Source: Chloropicon primus
Taxonomy: Eukaryota
Assembly: GCA_023205875.1 (NCBI GenBank)
Contig: CP060754.1
Location: forward strand, 310,001-374,000
Direction: 5' to 3'
DNA length: 64,000 nucleotides
Shown here in pieces: positions 10,177 to 19,748 of this stretch. Made by a program: the position numbers and the translations under genes. The notes beneath the pieces were generated by a model. It did no database searches. It was not told where the DNA came from and saw only the letters and a list, made by a program, of their open reading frames with translations. Within the stretch, counting starts at the first letter, position 1. Every line of letters begins with the position of its first letter.

Positions 10177-11127
10177 CTAGGTGGCCGCGTTGTACCTCTC
10201 CTCGACGTCCTTCCAGTTCACCACCTCGAAGAAGTTCGAGAGGTAATCAGGCCTCTTGTTCTTGTACTGGAGGTAGTAGGCGTGCTCCCAGACGTCCACG
10301 CCTAAAAGAGGCACGTAGTTTCCTTGGGTCACGAGCGGGTCCTGGAAACCGGCGAGGGAGAGGAGGGAAAACGTTAGCAAAGGGGGGGGGAAGGCTGAGG
10401 GCGGATCGCGGGCGAGGGACTCACCTGGTTGCTCGTGGTGGTGACGAAGATGTTGTCCTTGGCGGGGTCGTAGGCCAACCAGCCCCAGCCAGACCCCTGG
10501 ACGCCAGCGGCCATCGCACTCATCTTGGTCTCAAGCGCTTCGAGGCTTCCGAAGGTCTCGTCGATCTTCTTGCCGAGGGCCCCGCTAGGCGGGGCGTAAT
10601 CGCTCTTGGGGCACATGTTCTTCCAGAAGATGGAGTGGTTCACCTGGGAGAGGGAAGTTGGAGTCGCCGTGTCAGGATTTGGCAAGAGAAGAGGAGAAGA
10701 AAGCGCAGGAACTCACGTGTCCACCTCCGTTGAACTTGATGGCCTGCTGAATCGAGATCAGGGAGGCGTAGTCGCCCTTCTGCTCGAAGTCCGCCTGCTT
10801 CTCCAGCAACCCGTTGAAGTTCTTCACGTAGGTTCCGTGGTGCATCTGGTGGTGAAGCTATCACGCGAGCGGTCCGAACGAGAGAAGAAGGAAGAAAGCA
10901 TCGATGCGATTGTCAGCACAAAGGGCCGCTCGAAGGGCGTGCGACCAGACTCGCGCCCTCACCTTCATGATATCGCCGCTGATGTAAGGCTCGAGGGCGC
11001 CGTAATCGTATGGCAGGTCAGGAAGTGGGACTGCAGACGCCTTGGCCCTGACACTCCTGACGCCCCTAACCCCTTTGGCGACCTTCATCGTCCCGCCCTT
11101 CGCAATGTTCGCCCTCATGGTGCTCAT
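10177..11127 (-). CDS. Mn superoxide dismutase; exons 11127-10963, 10857-10717, 10643-10425, 10341-10177
   Basis: Three GT-AG introns join [43 protein letters not shown] and [12 protein letters not shown] and NQD are Mn-type signatures. Confidence 0.93.
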
Positions 11128-11336
11128 CCTTCTCGGCCCTCTGTATCCGTCGCCAACAACGTGAACGTGAACGTGAACGAGTACTCGACTCGACTCGACT
11201 TCGACTTCGATTGCTCTTCCCTTTTTTCACACAAAAAAATATCCTCGGACCTTCGACCTTATCCGAAGAGGTCCTCCACCTCCCCTTCGAAGATTTCCGA
11301 AGAATTTCTTGATTAGATTAGCAGGGGACCTTGCGC

Positions 11337-12158
11337 ATGGCCGTGCTGCGAGGGTTGGCCACGAAGGCGGGTGCTCCTGCGCGCCGGCCCCCCCGTAGGA
11401 GGCCGTCGCCGTCGTCGTTGTCGTCGCCGTCGTCGCGGCCTCCTGCAGATTTTCGCTTTCGGTTGGGGAGCAGCACGCGGGAGCGAGTGTTCGAGGGCCA
11501 GTTCGGGGCGTGGCGAGTCGAGAAGGAGGACGAGGACGAGGTGTTCGCGTACAGGCTCGGCCTGAACGTGTGCGCGGCGTCCTTCGGCTTGCTGATCCCT
11601 GCGAGCTTGCTGGCCCCTGCGAGCTTGCCCGGAAGGGACGCGGTGCTGAACGCGGCGTACACGGTCGGCTCCCTCGGTTTTGGGACCAGCTTGTACTTCA
11701 TCCACATCTACATCACTCCGGCGAAGCGGTTCCTGCAAGGCCTTTTTCTCGCGGGCGCCCTCGGCTCCCTGTTCGTTCTCTCGAGGGACGGCTTCGGCTC
11801 GGTCCCGGGCTACGTCGTCGAGCACCCCGGTTCCGTTTGGTTTGTGGGCCCCCTCTTTGCCTCCATCACGGGCGTTGGGTTCAAAGAAGGGGTCTGCTAC
11901 CAGAAGAGGGAGGCTTTTGCCCTGGCCGCTCTCACGCCCCTCCTCTTGCTGACTCACCTGACCCGAGCCTTTGGGGAGAACTCTCCCGCAGTGGAAGCGG
12001 GCCTCTGCTCGATCTGGTCCGCGACCTTCCTCTCCTTCGCCCTCTCCAAGTGGAGCCAGCCGGTCCACGAGGACATTGGAGACAAGTCCGTCTTCACCTT
12101 CATGAAGCTGCCCGAGAAGGAGCAGCAGCGGATCCTCAAGTCCAGGAACGAGCTTTGA
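11337..12158 (+). CDS. DUF2301-like integral membrane protein, likely plastid-targeted
   Basis: An S/R-rich N-terminus and several TM segments, with G.FG.W, YR.GL, IHIY, KEG.C and DIGDKSVF motifs. Confidence 0.8.
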   Translation: MAVLRGLATKAGAPARRPPRRRPSPSSLSSPSSRPPADFRFRLGSSTRERVFEGQFGAWRVEKEDEDEVFAYRLGLNVCAASFGLLIPASLLAPASLPGRDAVLNAAYTVGSLGFGTSLYFIHIYITPAKRFLQGLFLAGALGSLFVLSRDGFGSVPGYVVEHPGSVWFVGPLFASITGVGFKEGVCYQKREAFALAALTPLLLLTHLTRAFGENSPAVEAGLCSIWSATFLSFALSKWSQPVHEDIGDKSVFTFMKLPEKEQQRILKSRNEL

Positions 12159-12237
12159 CATGGCGGCTCAACAAGTGCACACGTAGAAGGATATATGTAC
12201 AATAACACAACAATGAGAGGAACGGCGCCGGGCGCGC

Positions 12238-13425
12238 CTAAACGCTCGTGCCCTCGAGTAACCATCCATGTAAATCTAACAGAATGCCGTAAGCCTGCGC
12301 CGGGAAGGGTTTGGGTTGGACCAGGGAGTCAGGCGCGGCGTCCTCCGCTAGCAGGACGTTGGTTCTCAGGCAGTCCACGATCTTGTTTGCCTCGCACCTG
12401 ATGGATTCCATGACCCCCAGGTGCTTCTCCACCATGCGGGAAAACTTGCACGACTCGGAGCTCGCGAAGCTTTCGGCGATCGACTCGATCATTTGAAATC
12501 TCGACGACGAGTCTGCCGGGAGCCCCGCCTTCTCCAAGGCCGCCACGTCCTCCCTCATGCAGGAAAGGACCCCGGACATGGTCGCGGCGGACTCCCTGAC
12601 GCTCGTGATGGCACTGCTCTCTCTGAGGTACTCGGCGGCCGAGTGGCATATCGCCTGCACGTTCTCGTGGGACTCCGAGTGAACATCCCAGAACTCTGGC
12701 CATCTCAGGTCCTTGCCGTAGAGCAGCTTGAGCAACTGAAGCTGCTCGCTCACCAAAGACTTTCTTCTCTCCCTTTGCCTTCGATCGCTTCCCCCCATTC
12801 TTGCCAAGGTCGCGAGCTCCCACTTGGATTTGATGTACTGGTTCGTGACCTCCGCCCGGCCCGGGTCGGCGCGGTCGCCCGTGATCCAGTTCCTGTGCTT
12901 CTTCCTCAGCCTTCCTCTGTTATTCCCACCGGCCTCCGCGGAGTTTGTCTCCGGCCGGGGCGCCGACCTCAGCTGGGTCTCCAGCGCCTTCAGCTGACCC
13001 GCCTTGAACCTCTGGTACGCCTCCCGGCCCACCAGCCTGGCCTGCGTCTCCGCGACTTCCTCGAAACTGAGCTCGTTGCAAGGCCTCAATCCCAGCAAGG
13101 TCCTGTACCTGCTATTGACCACGACGGGGAAGGAGCAGTGCCGGCAAGGGAAGCCGGGGACTTCCTTCTCGCGCCAATCCACCGAAACGTTCACCAGGTT
13201 GCCGCAGCAGTCGCACAAGACCACGTCAGCCCCGCAGCAGTCCCACTTCAGGCCGACGTGCCCTTCCCCTCGCGATGAGGAGGGTTGGCCCCCTCTTTCC
13301 ACGCCCCCCTCTTCTCGGACTTCGCTCCAGACCTCTTTCAGGGGTTCCAGGGGCCGCCGTCCGCCCCCTCCCTGTCCCTCCTGCGAGGCCGCACCGCACT
13401 CGCAGGCCTCGTACTCGATCTCCAT
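12238..13425 (-). CDS. Hypothetical protein with N-terminal Cys-rich (putative Zn-binding) region
   Basis: Long ORF from ATG 13425 (MEIEYEACEC) containing CDCCG…CRHC. It is head-to-head with CWC27. No family recognised. Confidence 0.6.
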   Translation of the reverse strand: MEIEYEACECGAASQEGQGGGGRRPLEPLKEVWSEVREEGGVERGGQPSSSRGEGHVGLKWDCCGADVVLCDCCGNLVNVSVDWREKEVPGFPCRHCSFPVVVNSRYRTLLGLRPCNELSFEEVAETQARLVGREAYQRFKAGQLKALETQLRSAPRPETNSAEAGGNNRGRLRKKHRNWITGDRADPGRAEVTNQYIKSKWELATLARMGGSDRRQRERRKSLVSEQLQLLKLLYGKDLRWPEFWDVHSESHENVQAICHSAAEYLRESSAITSVRESAATMSGVLSCMREDVAALEKAGLPADSSSRFQMIESIAESFASSESCKFSRMVEKHLGVMESIRCEANKIVDCLRTNVLLAEDAAPDSLVQPKPFPAQAYGILLDLHGWLLEGTSV

Positions 13426-13522
13426 CTTTTGTGCGCTCTCTCCCTCGGTCTGACAGCCCCCCACAGGTTCAAAACAAAACTTCGCCGGGAAGGGGAGGAG
13501 GCGGAGGCAGACGAGGAGGAGA

Positions 13523-15050
13523 ATGTCGAGCGTGTACACGTTAGAGCCGGCGACGAGGGGGAAGGTGGTGGTCAAGACCTCGCTTGGGGCCCTTGACGTG
13601 GAGCTGTTCTCGAAGGAAGCGCCCAAGGCGTGCCGGAACTTCGTGCAGCTGTGTCTTGAAGGCTACTATGAGAAGACAGTGTTCCACCGGGTCATCAAGG
13701 ACTTTATGGTCCAGGGGGGGGATCCGACGGGCACGGGGGGGGGGGGAGTCAATCTACGGCGGCCCCTTCGAGGACGAGTTTCACTCTCGACTTCAGTTCC
13801 GGCGGCGAGCCCTGGTGGCTTGCGCCAACGAGGCGGACAGGCCGAACTCCAACGGGAGCCAGTTTTTCATCACCCTCGGCAGGTGCGACTGGCTCACGAA
13901 GAAGAACACGATATTCGGCTCGGTCACCGGGGACACCGTGTACAACCTGATGAAGTTCAACGAGCTCGAGGTCGACGGCGACGACAGGCCCGAGGACCCG
14001 CCCCACGTCGTCGGGACCGAGGTGGTGTGGAATCCCTTCGACGACATTGTGCCACGGCACGTGGAGGCCGCGGCGTCGGAGGCCGAGGCTCCCAGGGTCA
14101 GGGACGACAGGGGCCGCGTGAGGAACAAGAACCTCCTGTCCTTTGGGGCGGACGAGGAGTACGAGGACGAGGACGAGGGCGGGCCGGCGTTCGCTCTCAA
14201 GAAGGACTTGAGGAGTCCCCAGGTGGTGGCGGGGGCGCCGGCGAGCGAGGTCCGGGGGAATGCCGGCGAGCCTCGGCCGCCTGCGCGGGCCTCGGGAGGA
14301 CTAGGAGGCCTGGGGGGGTCGGGAATCCGGCCGAGGGAGGCAAAAAAGGCGGACTTGAGCAGCGCGACGCTGGAGCAAAACATGGTGAGCCGGCTGAACT
14401 CGCTTCGGAGGGAGCTCAAGGACGACGCCGCTGCGGCAGACGTTGCGACGACCGCTGGGGCGGTGCCGGAGAGAAGCACGGGGGGGCTCGGGGGCAAACC
14501 GGAACCCGCCAAGACGAAGAAGAAGCTGTCCCTGAGGAAGGCCTTGGGCATGAAGCTCTCCAGGCAGCAGGACCAGCACGAGGACTCGTCGGAGGCGAGG
14601 AGGCGCAGTCTGAAGAGGAAGAGCATGGCGAGCGGGAACAGGGAGAAGGCGACCCTGGCCAGGCTCAGCAAGTTCACGGCCGGCCTCAGGAAGGCGGAGG
14701 CGGCAGCCACCGCCGAGGAGGAGGAGGAGGAGGGCAGGGAAAGGATGCTGCCGGCGGCCTGGCGCGTGGACGACTACCTGGACGGCAGCGGCGACGACGG
14801 CGACGACGACCTGAGGTCCCACGTCCTCTTCTTCAAGGTGGCCGATCTCGCCGAAGCGGGCAAGGCCAGCATGGTTCGGAGGGACAACGTCGACGACTAC
14901 ACGGTCTTGGATCCCCTGCTGGAGAAGGGAAAGGGCAAAGGCGGGGGCAAGGACCGCCGGCACAAGCGCCGGCACCACACCCACCACCGCGGAAGCGACG
15001 GAAGAAGGCACCATCGCAGCAGTGGCCGCCACGAGGGAGGCGGCCGTTAA
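13523..15050 (+). CDS. CWC27: Spliceosomal cyclophilin CWC27 (CYP57-like), apparent frameshift at G run 13735-13746
   Basis: MSSVYTLEP.T.GKV, CRNFVQLCLEGYY and FHR…QGGDPTGTG are in one frame. GESIYG.PF.DEFHSRL, NGSQFFITL, NPFDDI.PR, LLSFG and DDY.V.DPL are in another. Confidence 0.88.
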
Positions 15051-15208
15051 AAAATTATTCGCTCGAGGGAGCTGACGCTTCCTCTCTCTCTATCTCTCTC
15101 TCTCTCCTGGAAGGAAGGGGGAACTCCCAACTCCTTTTGCCTTCTTCTTCTTGCGATTCGATTCGATTACAGATCAATATATCGGTTACACACACAATCT
15201 CCCCTCCC

Positions 15209-15250
<42 letters not shown>

Positions 15251-15400
15251 CCACGCACTCTCCCGCAAGAAGCCTTGAAGTGTGTTCACGTGCGTGCTGA
15301 CGGCGGAGATCCCGGTTTTCCCGCGCGCTCAGGGCTGTGCCGGAGGAAACGGACGAGGAGGAGAAGGCCTGCAAGCCGCGGCACACGGGGGCGAAGGTCT

Positions 15401-17312
15401 ATGGGACTCGAACAGGGGAGCATGGGCGGGCCGAAACAGGTCCTCGACCGCGAAGGTGCGTCCTCTTCTTTTCAGACTTTGTTTTTTTTTTGGTGGGAAA
15501 ACGAAAACGAGTCGGGTCTGTCTGACATCACGTTGCTCGCTCGCTCTTTTCTCTCCTGCACTCTGTCTCTTCCCAGCGGTCGTGATACTGGACTACGGGT
15601 CGCAGTACACCCAACTCATCACGCGAAGGTGTCGGGAGCTGTCGATCTTCTCCGAGATCGTCCCGGGGGACACGACTCTGGTAAGCGCCCTGCCCCTTCT
15701 CGCGCTCGCTTTCCCAGGAAGGAAGAGCCCCAACCCCCGCCCCTCTCGAAACAGAAACTGAACGCGCGCGTCGTCCGCTTGCTCCACCTCGCCCTTCTCC
15801 GTCGGCCTGTCTTTCTGTCGCTCGTTTGCTTCTTTGGCGCAGGAGAGGATCAAGGAGGACGCGCCTCGCGTGGTGATCTTGTCTGGGGGCCCGAACTCGG
15901 TGCACGTCGAGGGGGCACCCAAGGTGCCGGAAGGGCTCTTCGAGTACTGCAAGGAGAACCACGTCCCGGTGCTCGGAATATGTTACGGCATGCAGCTCAT
16001 GGTGCAAACCCTCGGGGGGAGCGTCTCCTGCGCCTTCAAGGGCGAGGGGGGGGAGTACGGCCACACGTCAATCGCGACGAAGAGCTCGAGACTCTTCCAG
16101 GCCGACGAGGAGCAGACCGTGTGGATGTCTCACGGGGACGAGACGAAGACGCTTCCGGAGGGCTTCTCCGTCGTGGGAACCTCCCCAAAGGGCACGATCG
16201 TCGCCATTGAGAATCCAGGCATCGGGTTCTACGGCCTGCAGTACCATCCCGAGGTCATGCACACCGAGAAGGGCATGGAGACCCTCAGCCACTTCCTCTT
16301 CAAGATCGCGGGCCTCAAGGGGAGCTGGAGCATGCAGAACGTCTTCGACGAGCAGGTAAGGTTGATCCACAGCAAGGTTGGGCCGGGGGACCACGTGATC
16401 TGTGCCTTGTCCGGCGGAGTCGACTCCGCGGTCGCGGCGACCATGGTCCACAAGGCGATCGGAGATCGCCTGCACTGCGTCTTCGTCGACAACGGGTTGT
16501 TGAGGTACAAGGAGCGAGAGAGGGTGATGGACACCTTTGAGAAGCACCTGCACTTGCCAGTGACGTGCATCGACGCGTCGGAGCGGATGCTGACGAGGCT
16601 GAAGGGCCTGGCAGATCCCGAGACCAAGAGGAAGGCCATCGGCGAGCTTTTCATCCGTGTGTTCGAGGAGTTTGCGGGCGTGCTCGAAGCCAAGATCGGC
16701 TCCAAGCCCAGGTTTTTGGTGCAGGGCACCCTCTACCCAGATGTCATCGAAAGCTGCCCCCCACCCGGAACCAACTTGAAGCACAGCCACATGATCAAGA
16801 GCCACCACAACGTCGGGGGTTTGCCCGAAGACCTCAAGTTCGAGCTCATCGAGCCGCTCAGGTGGCTTTTCAAGGACGAGGTCAGGAAAATCGGTGCGCT
16901 GATGGGTGTGCCAAAGCAATTCTTGAGCAGGCACCCTTTCCCTGGGCCAGGGCTGGCTGTCAGGATTTTGGGGGATGTCACCGTGGGCAGCGCCTTGGAG
17001 GTGCTCCGGCTCGCGGACGAGATTTACACCAGCACCATCCGGGAGTTTGGCTTGTATGACGACATTTGGCAAGCCTTCGCAGTCTTCCTTCCGGTCAAGT
17101 CAGTTGGAGTCCAGGGGGATCAGAGGACGCATTCCCACGTGATTGCTTTGAGGGCGGTGTGCAGCGCGGATGGAATGACAGCGGATTGGTACCCCTTTGA
17201 CGGGAAGTTTCTCAAAGAGGTCTCGTCCAGGATCTGCAACAAAGTGAAGAGCGTGAACAGGGTGGTGTACGACATCACGTCCAAACCACCGGGAACCATA
17301 GAGTGGGAATAA
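15401..17312 (+). CDS. guaA: GMP synthase (glutamine-hydrolysing); exons 15401-15455, 15577-15680, 15843-17312
   Basis: The spliced product has [44 protein letters not shown] and KPPGTIEWE. Intron phases are consistent. Confidence 0.94.
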
Positions 17313-17414
17313 CTTTACCTTTGGATGGCTCGCTTTGCAACCATTTTTTTTGGCACAAGCGCGCGCGTGTGTAAAATTTTTGATACATGCATCAAGACAA
17401 CATTAAATGAAGAC

Positions 17415-19091
17415 CTACTGAAGAGCAGCGGCAATGGCGTCCTTCACAGATTTCACGGGCACGACACGTATGCCCTCGACCTTTGGAGCACCTTGCTGGC
17501 TGTGAGGCACTACAACGCGTTGGAAACCCACTTTTTGGGCCTCGATGACTCTCCTCTCCAGCTGACCCACAGCTCTCAGCTCGCCCCCCAAGCCGATTTC
17601 GCCGACGAGGGCAGTCCCGGGGGCGATTTTCTTATCAAGGTACGACGACACGATTGCCATCAACACGGCCAGGTCGGCCGCCGGCTCCCTGATTTTAAAC
17701 CCGCCCGTTACGTTCAGAAAGAGACTTGTCCCTCCCACGAAGATACCTGCGTGCTTGCTCAGGACAGCGAGAAGCATGAAAAGCCTGTTGTAGTTGACTC
17801 CGTTGGCGCTCCTGATGTACTTTTGGTTCTCCCCTCCCTGAATTTCGCTGCACAGGGCCTGAATTTCGACCAAAAGCGGCCTCGTTCCTTCCATTGTGAT
17901 GGCGACTGCCGGATAGCTCAAGCCGTTTGCCGTGGACTCCGCAAAGAAGATGCTCGGGTCGAGCACGGGCTTGAGGCCATTGGGGGCCATTTTGAACACC
18001 CCAACCTCGTCTGTCGCTCCGTAACGGTTTTTCGTGGTCCTCAAGAGCCGGTGGTGCTCAAACCTCTCGCCCTCAAGGTACAAGACAACATCGACCAAGT
18101 GCTCCAACATCTTCGGACCCGCAAGCTCCCTGCTTTTCGTCACATGTCCTATAACAAACGTCGCAATGCTGTAGAGCTTGGCCGCCTGCAGCAGAGCCGT
18201 GGCGCACTCGCGTATCTGGCTTTGTGAGCCGGCCGCCCCCTTGGCTTGAGCCAAGTAAACCGTCTGTATGGAGTCGATCACCACGGCAGCAGGTTTCAGC
18301 CGCCCCATACAAGCAAGAATCTCCTCCAAATTCGTCGCGCTGTACAGGTAGAGCCCAGACTGCTGGGAGTCCACCTCCAGCCGGCTGGCTCGGAGTGCGA
18401 GCTGTTGCGTGCTCTCCTCTCCGGAGACGTACAGAACGCACTTGTTCTCCTTGTCCCCGTTGCCCTCCTGAGAAAGCAAGCCCGCGATTTGCAGCAGCAA
18501 GGTGCTTTTTCCCACCCCGGGATCACCCCCGACCAGCACCATGGAGCCAGGAACGAGCCCCCCGCCCAGAACGCGCCCGAATTCCGCTCCCTCCTCCTCC
18601 GCGAATCTCAACCTGAACTCGTTGTCGTCCTTGACGCTGACGTCCTTGAGGAGCTTTGGACCCTCTTCCGGAGCGACCCAAGCCAGCTTCGACCTCTCGC
18701 TCGAGGAGACGTGGGACTCCGCAACAGACGACATTCCCGCGATGGCCTGAACCCCCGCACCACCTCCCAAGCCGGGGTCCGGAGCTTTCGCCACCCTCAA
18801 CTGCTTCAGGGTGTTCCAGTTGCCACAGCTCGGGCATTTGCCGTGCCACTGAGCGAAGTCCTCCCCGCAGTCCTCGCACACGTAGATGGTCTTCGACTTT
18901 TTCTTGTCCTGGCTTCCGCTGTAGGCCCTCACGCCCACCACTCTCCTCGCCCCGAACCCAACGGCCGACTCCAGACCACGCAGCCCAGCAGGGCTCTTGC
19001 CCCCCACGACGAAAGGCCGGCAGAGAGCTCTCTTCCGCAGAAGACCCCCGTGGTAGAGTCTGCCCCAAACCCTGAGGTTGCACCGCATCAT
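17415..19091 (-). CDS. radA: Organelle-targeted DNA repair protein RadA/Sms
   Basis: C4 zinc finger (CEDC…CPSC), Walker A GGDPGVGKS, IDSIQ, GHVTK, KNRYG and a Lon-like C-terminus (GEIGLGGE), after a targeting-peptide-like N-terminus. Confidence 0.94.
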   Translation of the reverse strand: MMRCNLRVWGRLYHGGLLRKRALCRPFVVGGKSPAGLRGLESAVGFGARRVVGVRAYSGSQDKKKSKTIYVCEDCGEDFAQWHGKCPSCGNWNTLKQLRVAKAPDPGLGGGAGVQAIAGMSSVAESHVSSSERSKLAWVAPEEGPKLLKDVSVKDDNEFRLRFAEEEGAEFGRVLGGGLVPGSMVLVGGDPGVGKSTLLLQIAGLLSQEGNGDKENKCVLYVSGEESTQQLALRASRLEVDSQQSGLYLYSATNLEEILACMGRLKPAAVVIDSIQTVYLAQAKGAAGSQSQIRECATALLQAAKLYSIATFVIGHVTKSRELAGPKMLEHLVDVVLYLEGERFEHHRLLRTTKNRYGATDEVGVFKMAPNGLKPVLDPSIFFAESTANGLSYPAVAITMEGTRPLLVEIQALCSEIQGGENQKYIRSANGVNYNRLFMLLAVLSKHAGIFVGGTSLFLNVTGGFKIREPAADLAVLMAIVSSYLDKKIAPGTALVGEIGLGGELRAVGQLERRVIEAQKVGFQRVVVPHSQQGAPKVEGIRVVPVKSVKDAIAAALQ

Positions 19092-19321
19092 CAGTCCCTC
19101 TTTCCCTCCCTGTCCGCAGGCTTCTCCCTGAACGCTTGCACAATGTAGGCCAAGACCACAAGGTTGACCGCAATTACCGCGGCGTAGGCGTACGCCTGAG
19201 GCTTCTCCGCCGTGTCTTCGATGCTAAGGGATGTGCAGACGTAGTATAACACCGCCGGGACCATCCACATGCACACGGAGTACAACACCAGCTTCTTCAG
19301 CACCTTCCCCTGGTCCTCCAT
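19091..19321 (-). CDS. VMA21: V-ATPase assembly factor VMA21
   Basis: 76 aa from ATG 19321 with two TM helices. It has KL..YS..M..VP, AAVIAVNLVVLAYIV.AF.E and C-terminal EGKRD, resembling the VMA21 family. Confidence 0.8.
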   Translation of the reverse strand: MEDQGKVLKKLVLYSVCMWMVPAVLYYVCTSLSIEDTAEKPQAYAYAAVIAVNLVVLAYIVQAFREKPADREGKRD

Positions 19322-19552
19322 CTCCTCCCCTTCAAGTCCTTCAGTCCCCCTTGATTTTTTCCATATGGAAAAGATCAAGATTCAAATCCCATCGTCCCAT
19401 GGAAAGGTTGCGAAGAACGCGGGAAACGAGAGTGGCCTTGGGAGGAGCGAAGCGAAGGAGCGTCTCTGTACGGAGACGGATGGACGCATGGAGTGAGGGA
19501 GCGTGGCTCTAGTCTCGGTGACGGCCCATCTTGCGGCAGTTCTGCAGGACTG

Positions 19553-19592
19553 GTATTGGTGTATTGGTGTATTGGTGTATTAGTGTATTGGT
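19553..19592. repeat. 8-bp tandem repeat (GTATTGGT)x5, one variant copy
   Basis: Visible in the divergent VMA21/KATNIP intergenic region. The four exact copies each contain ATTGG (CCAAT on the minus strand). Confidence 0.9.
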
Positions 19593-19748
19593 CCCACCCC
19601 ACCCCCACCGGTTGGGACGGACGAGACGAGACGCAGGGCTGCGGGTGGCGTGGGCGAGGAAGTGGGAGGGCGTCTGAACCTCGAGGAGCGGGCCGGAGGT
19701 TAATGCTTCTTTCTCGAAGATAGCAGTGGCTTCTGAGGCGCGACTGCT

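Noticed and set aside
15081..15250. CT-rich tract and other microsatellites (GTT, GTC, GCT) in UTRs
   Set aside because: Ordinary simple repeats. They have no spacer structure (not CRISPR) and no transposon hallmarks.
13523..16210. 895-aa ORF apparently fusing the cyclophilin to the GMP synthase region
   Set aside because: It is an artefact of the G-run frameshift. The downstream part is out-of-frame sequence running through introns and CT repeats.
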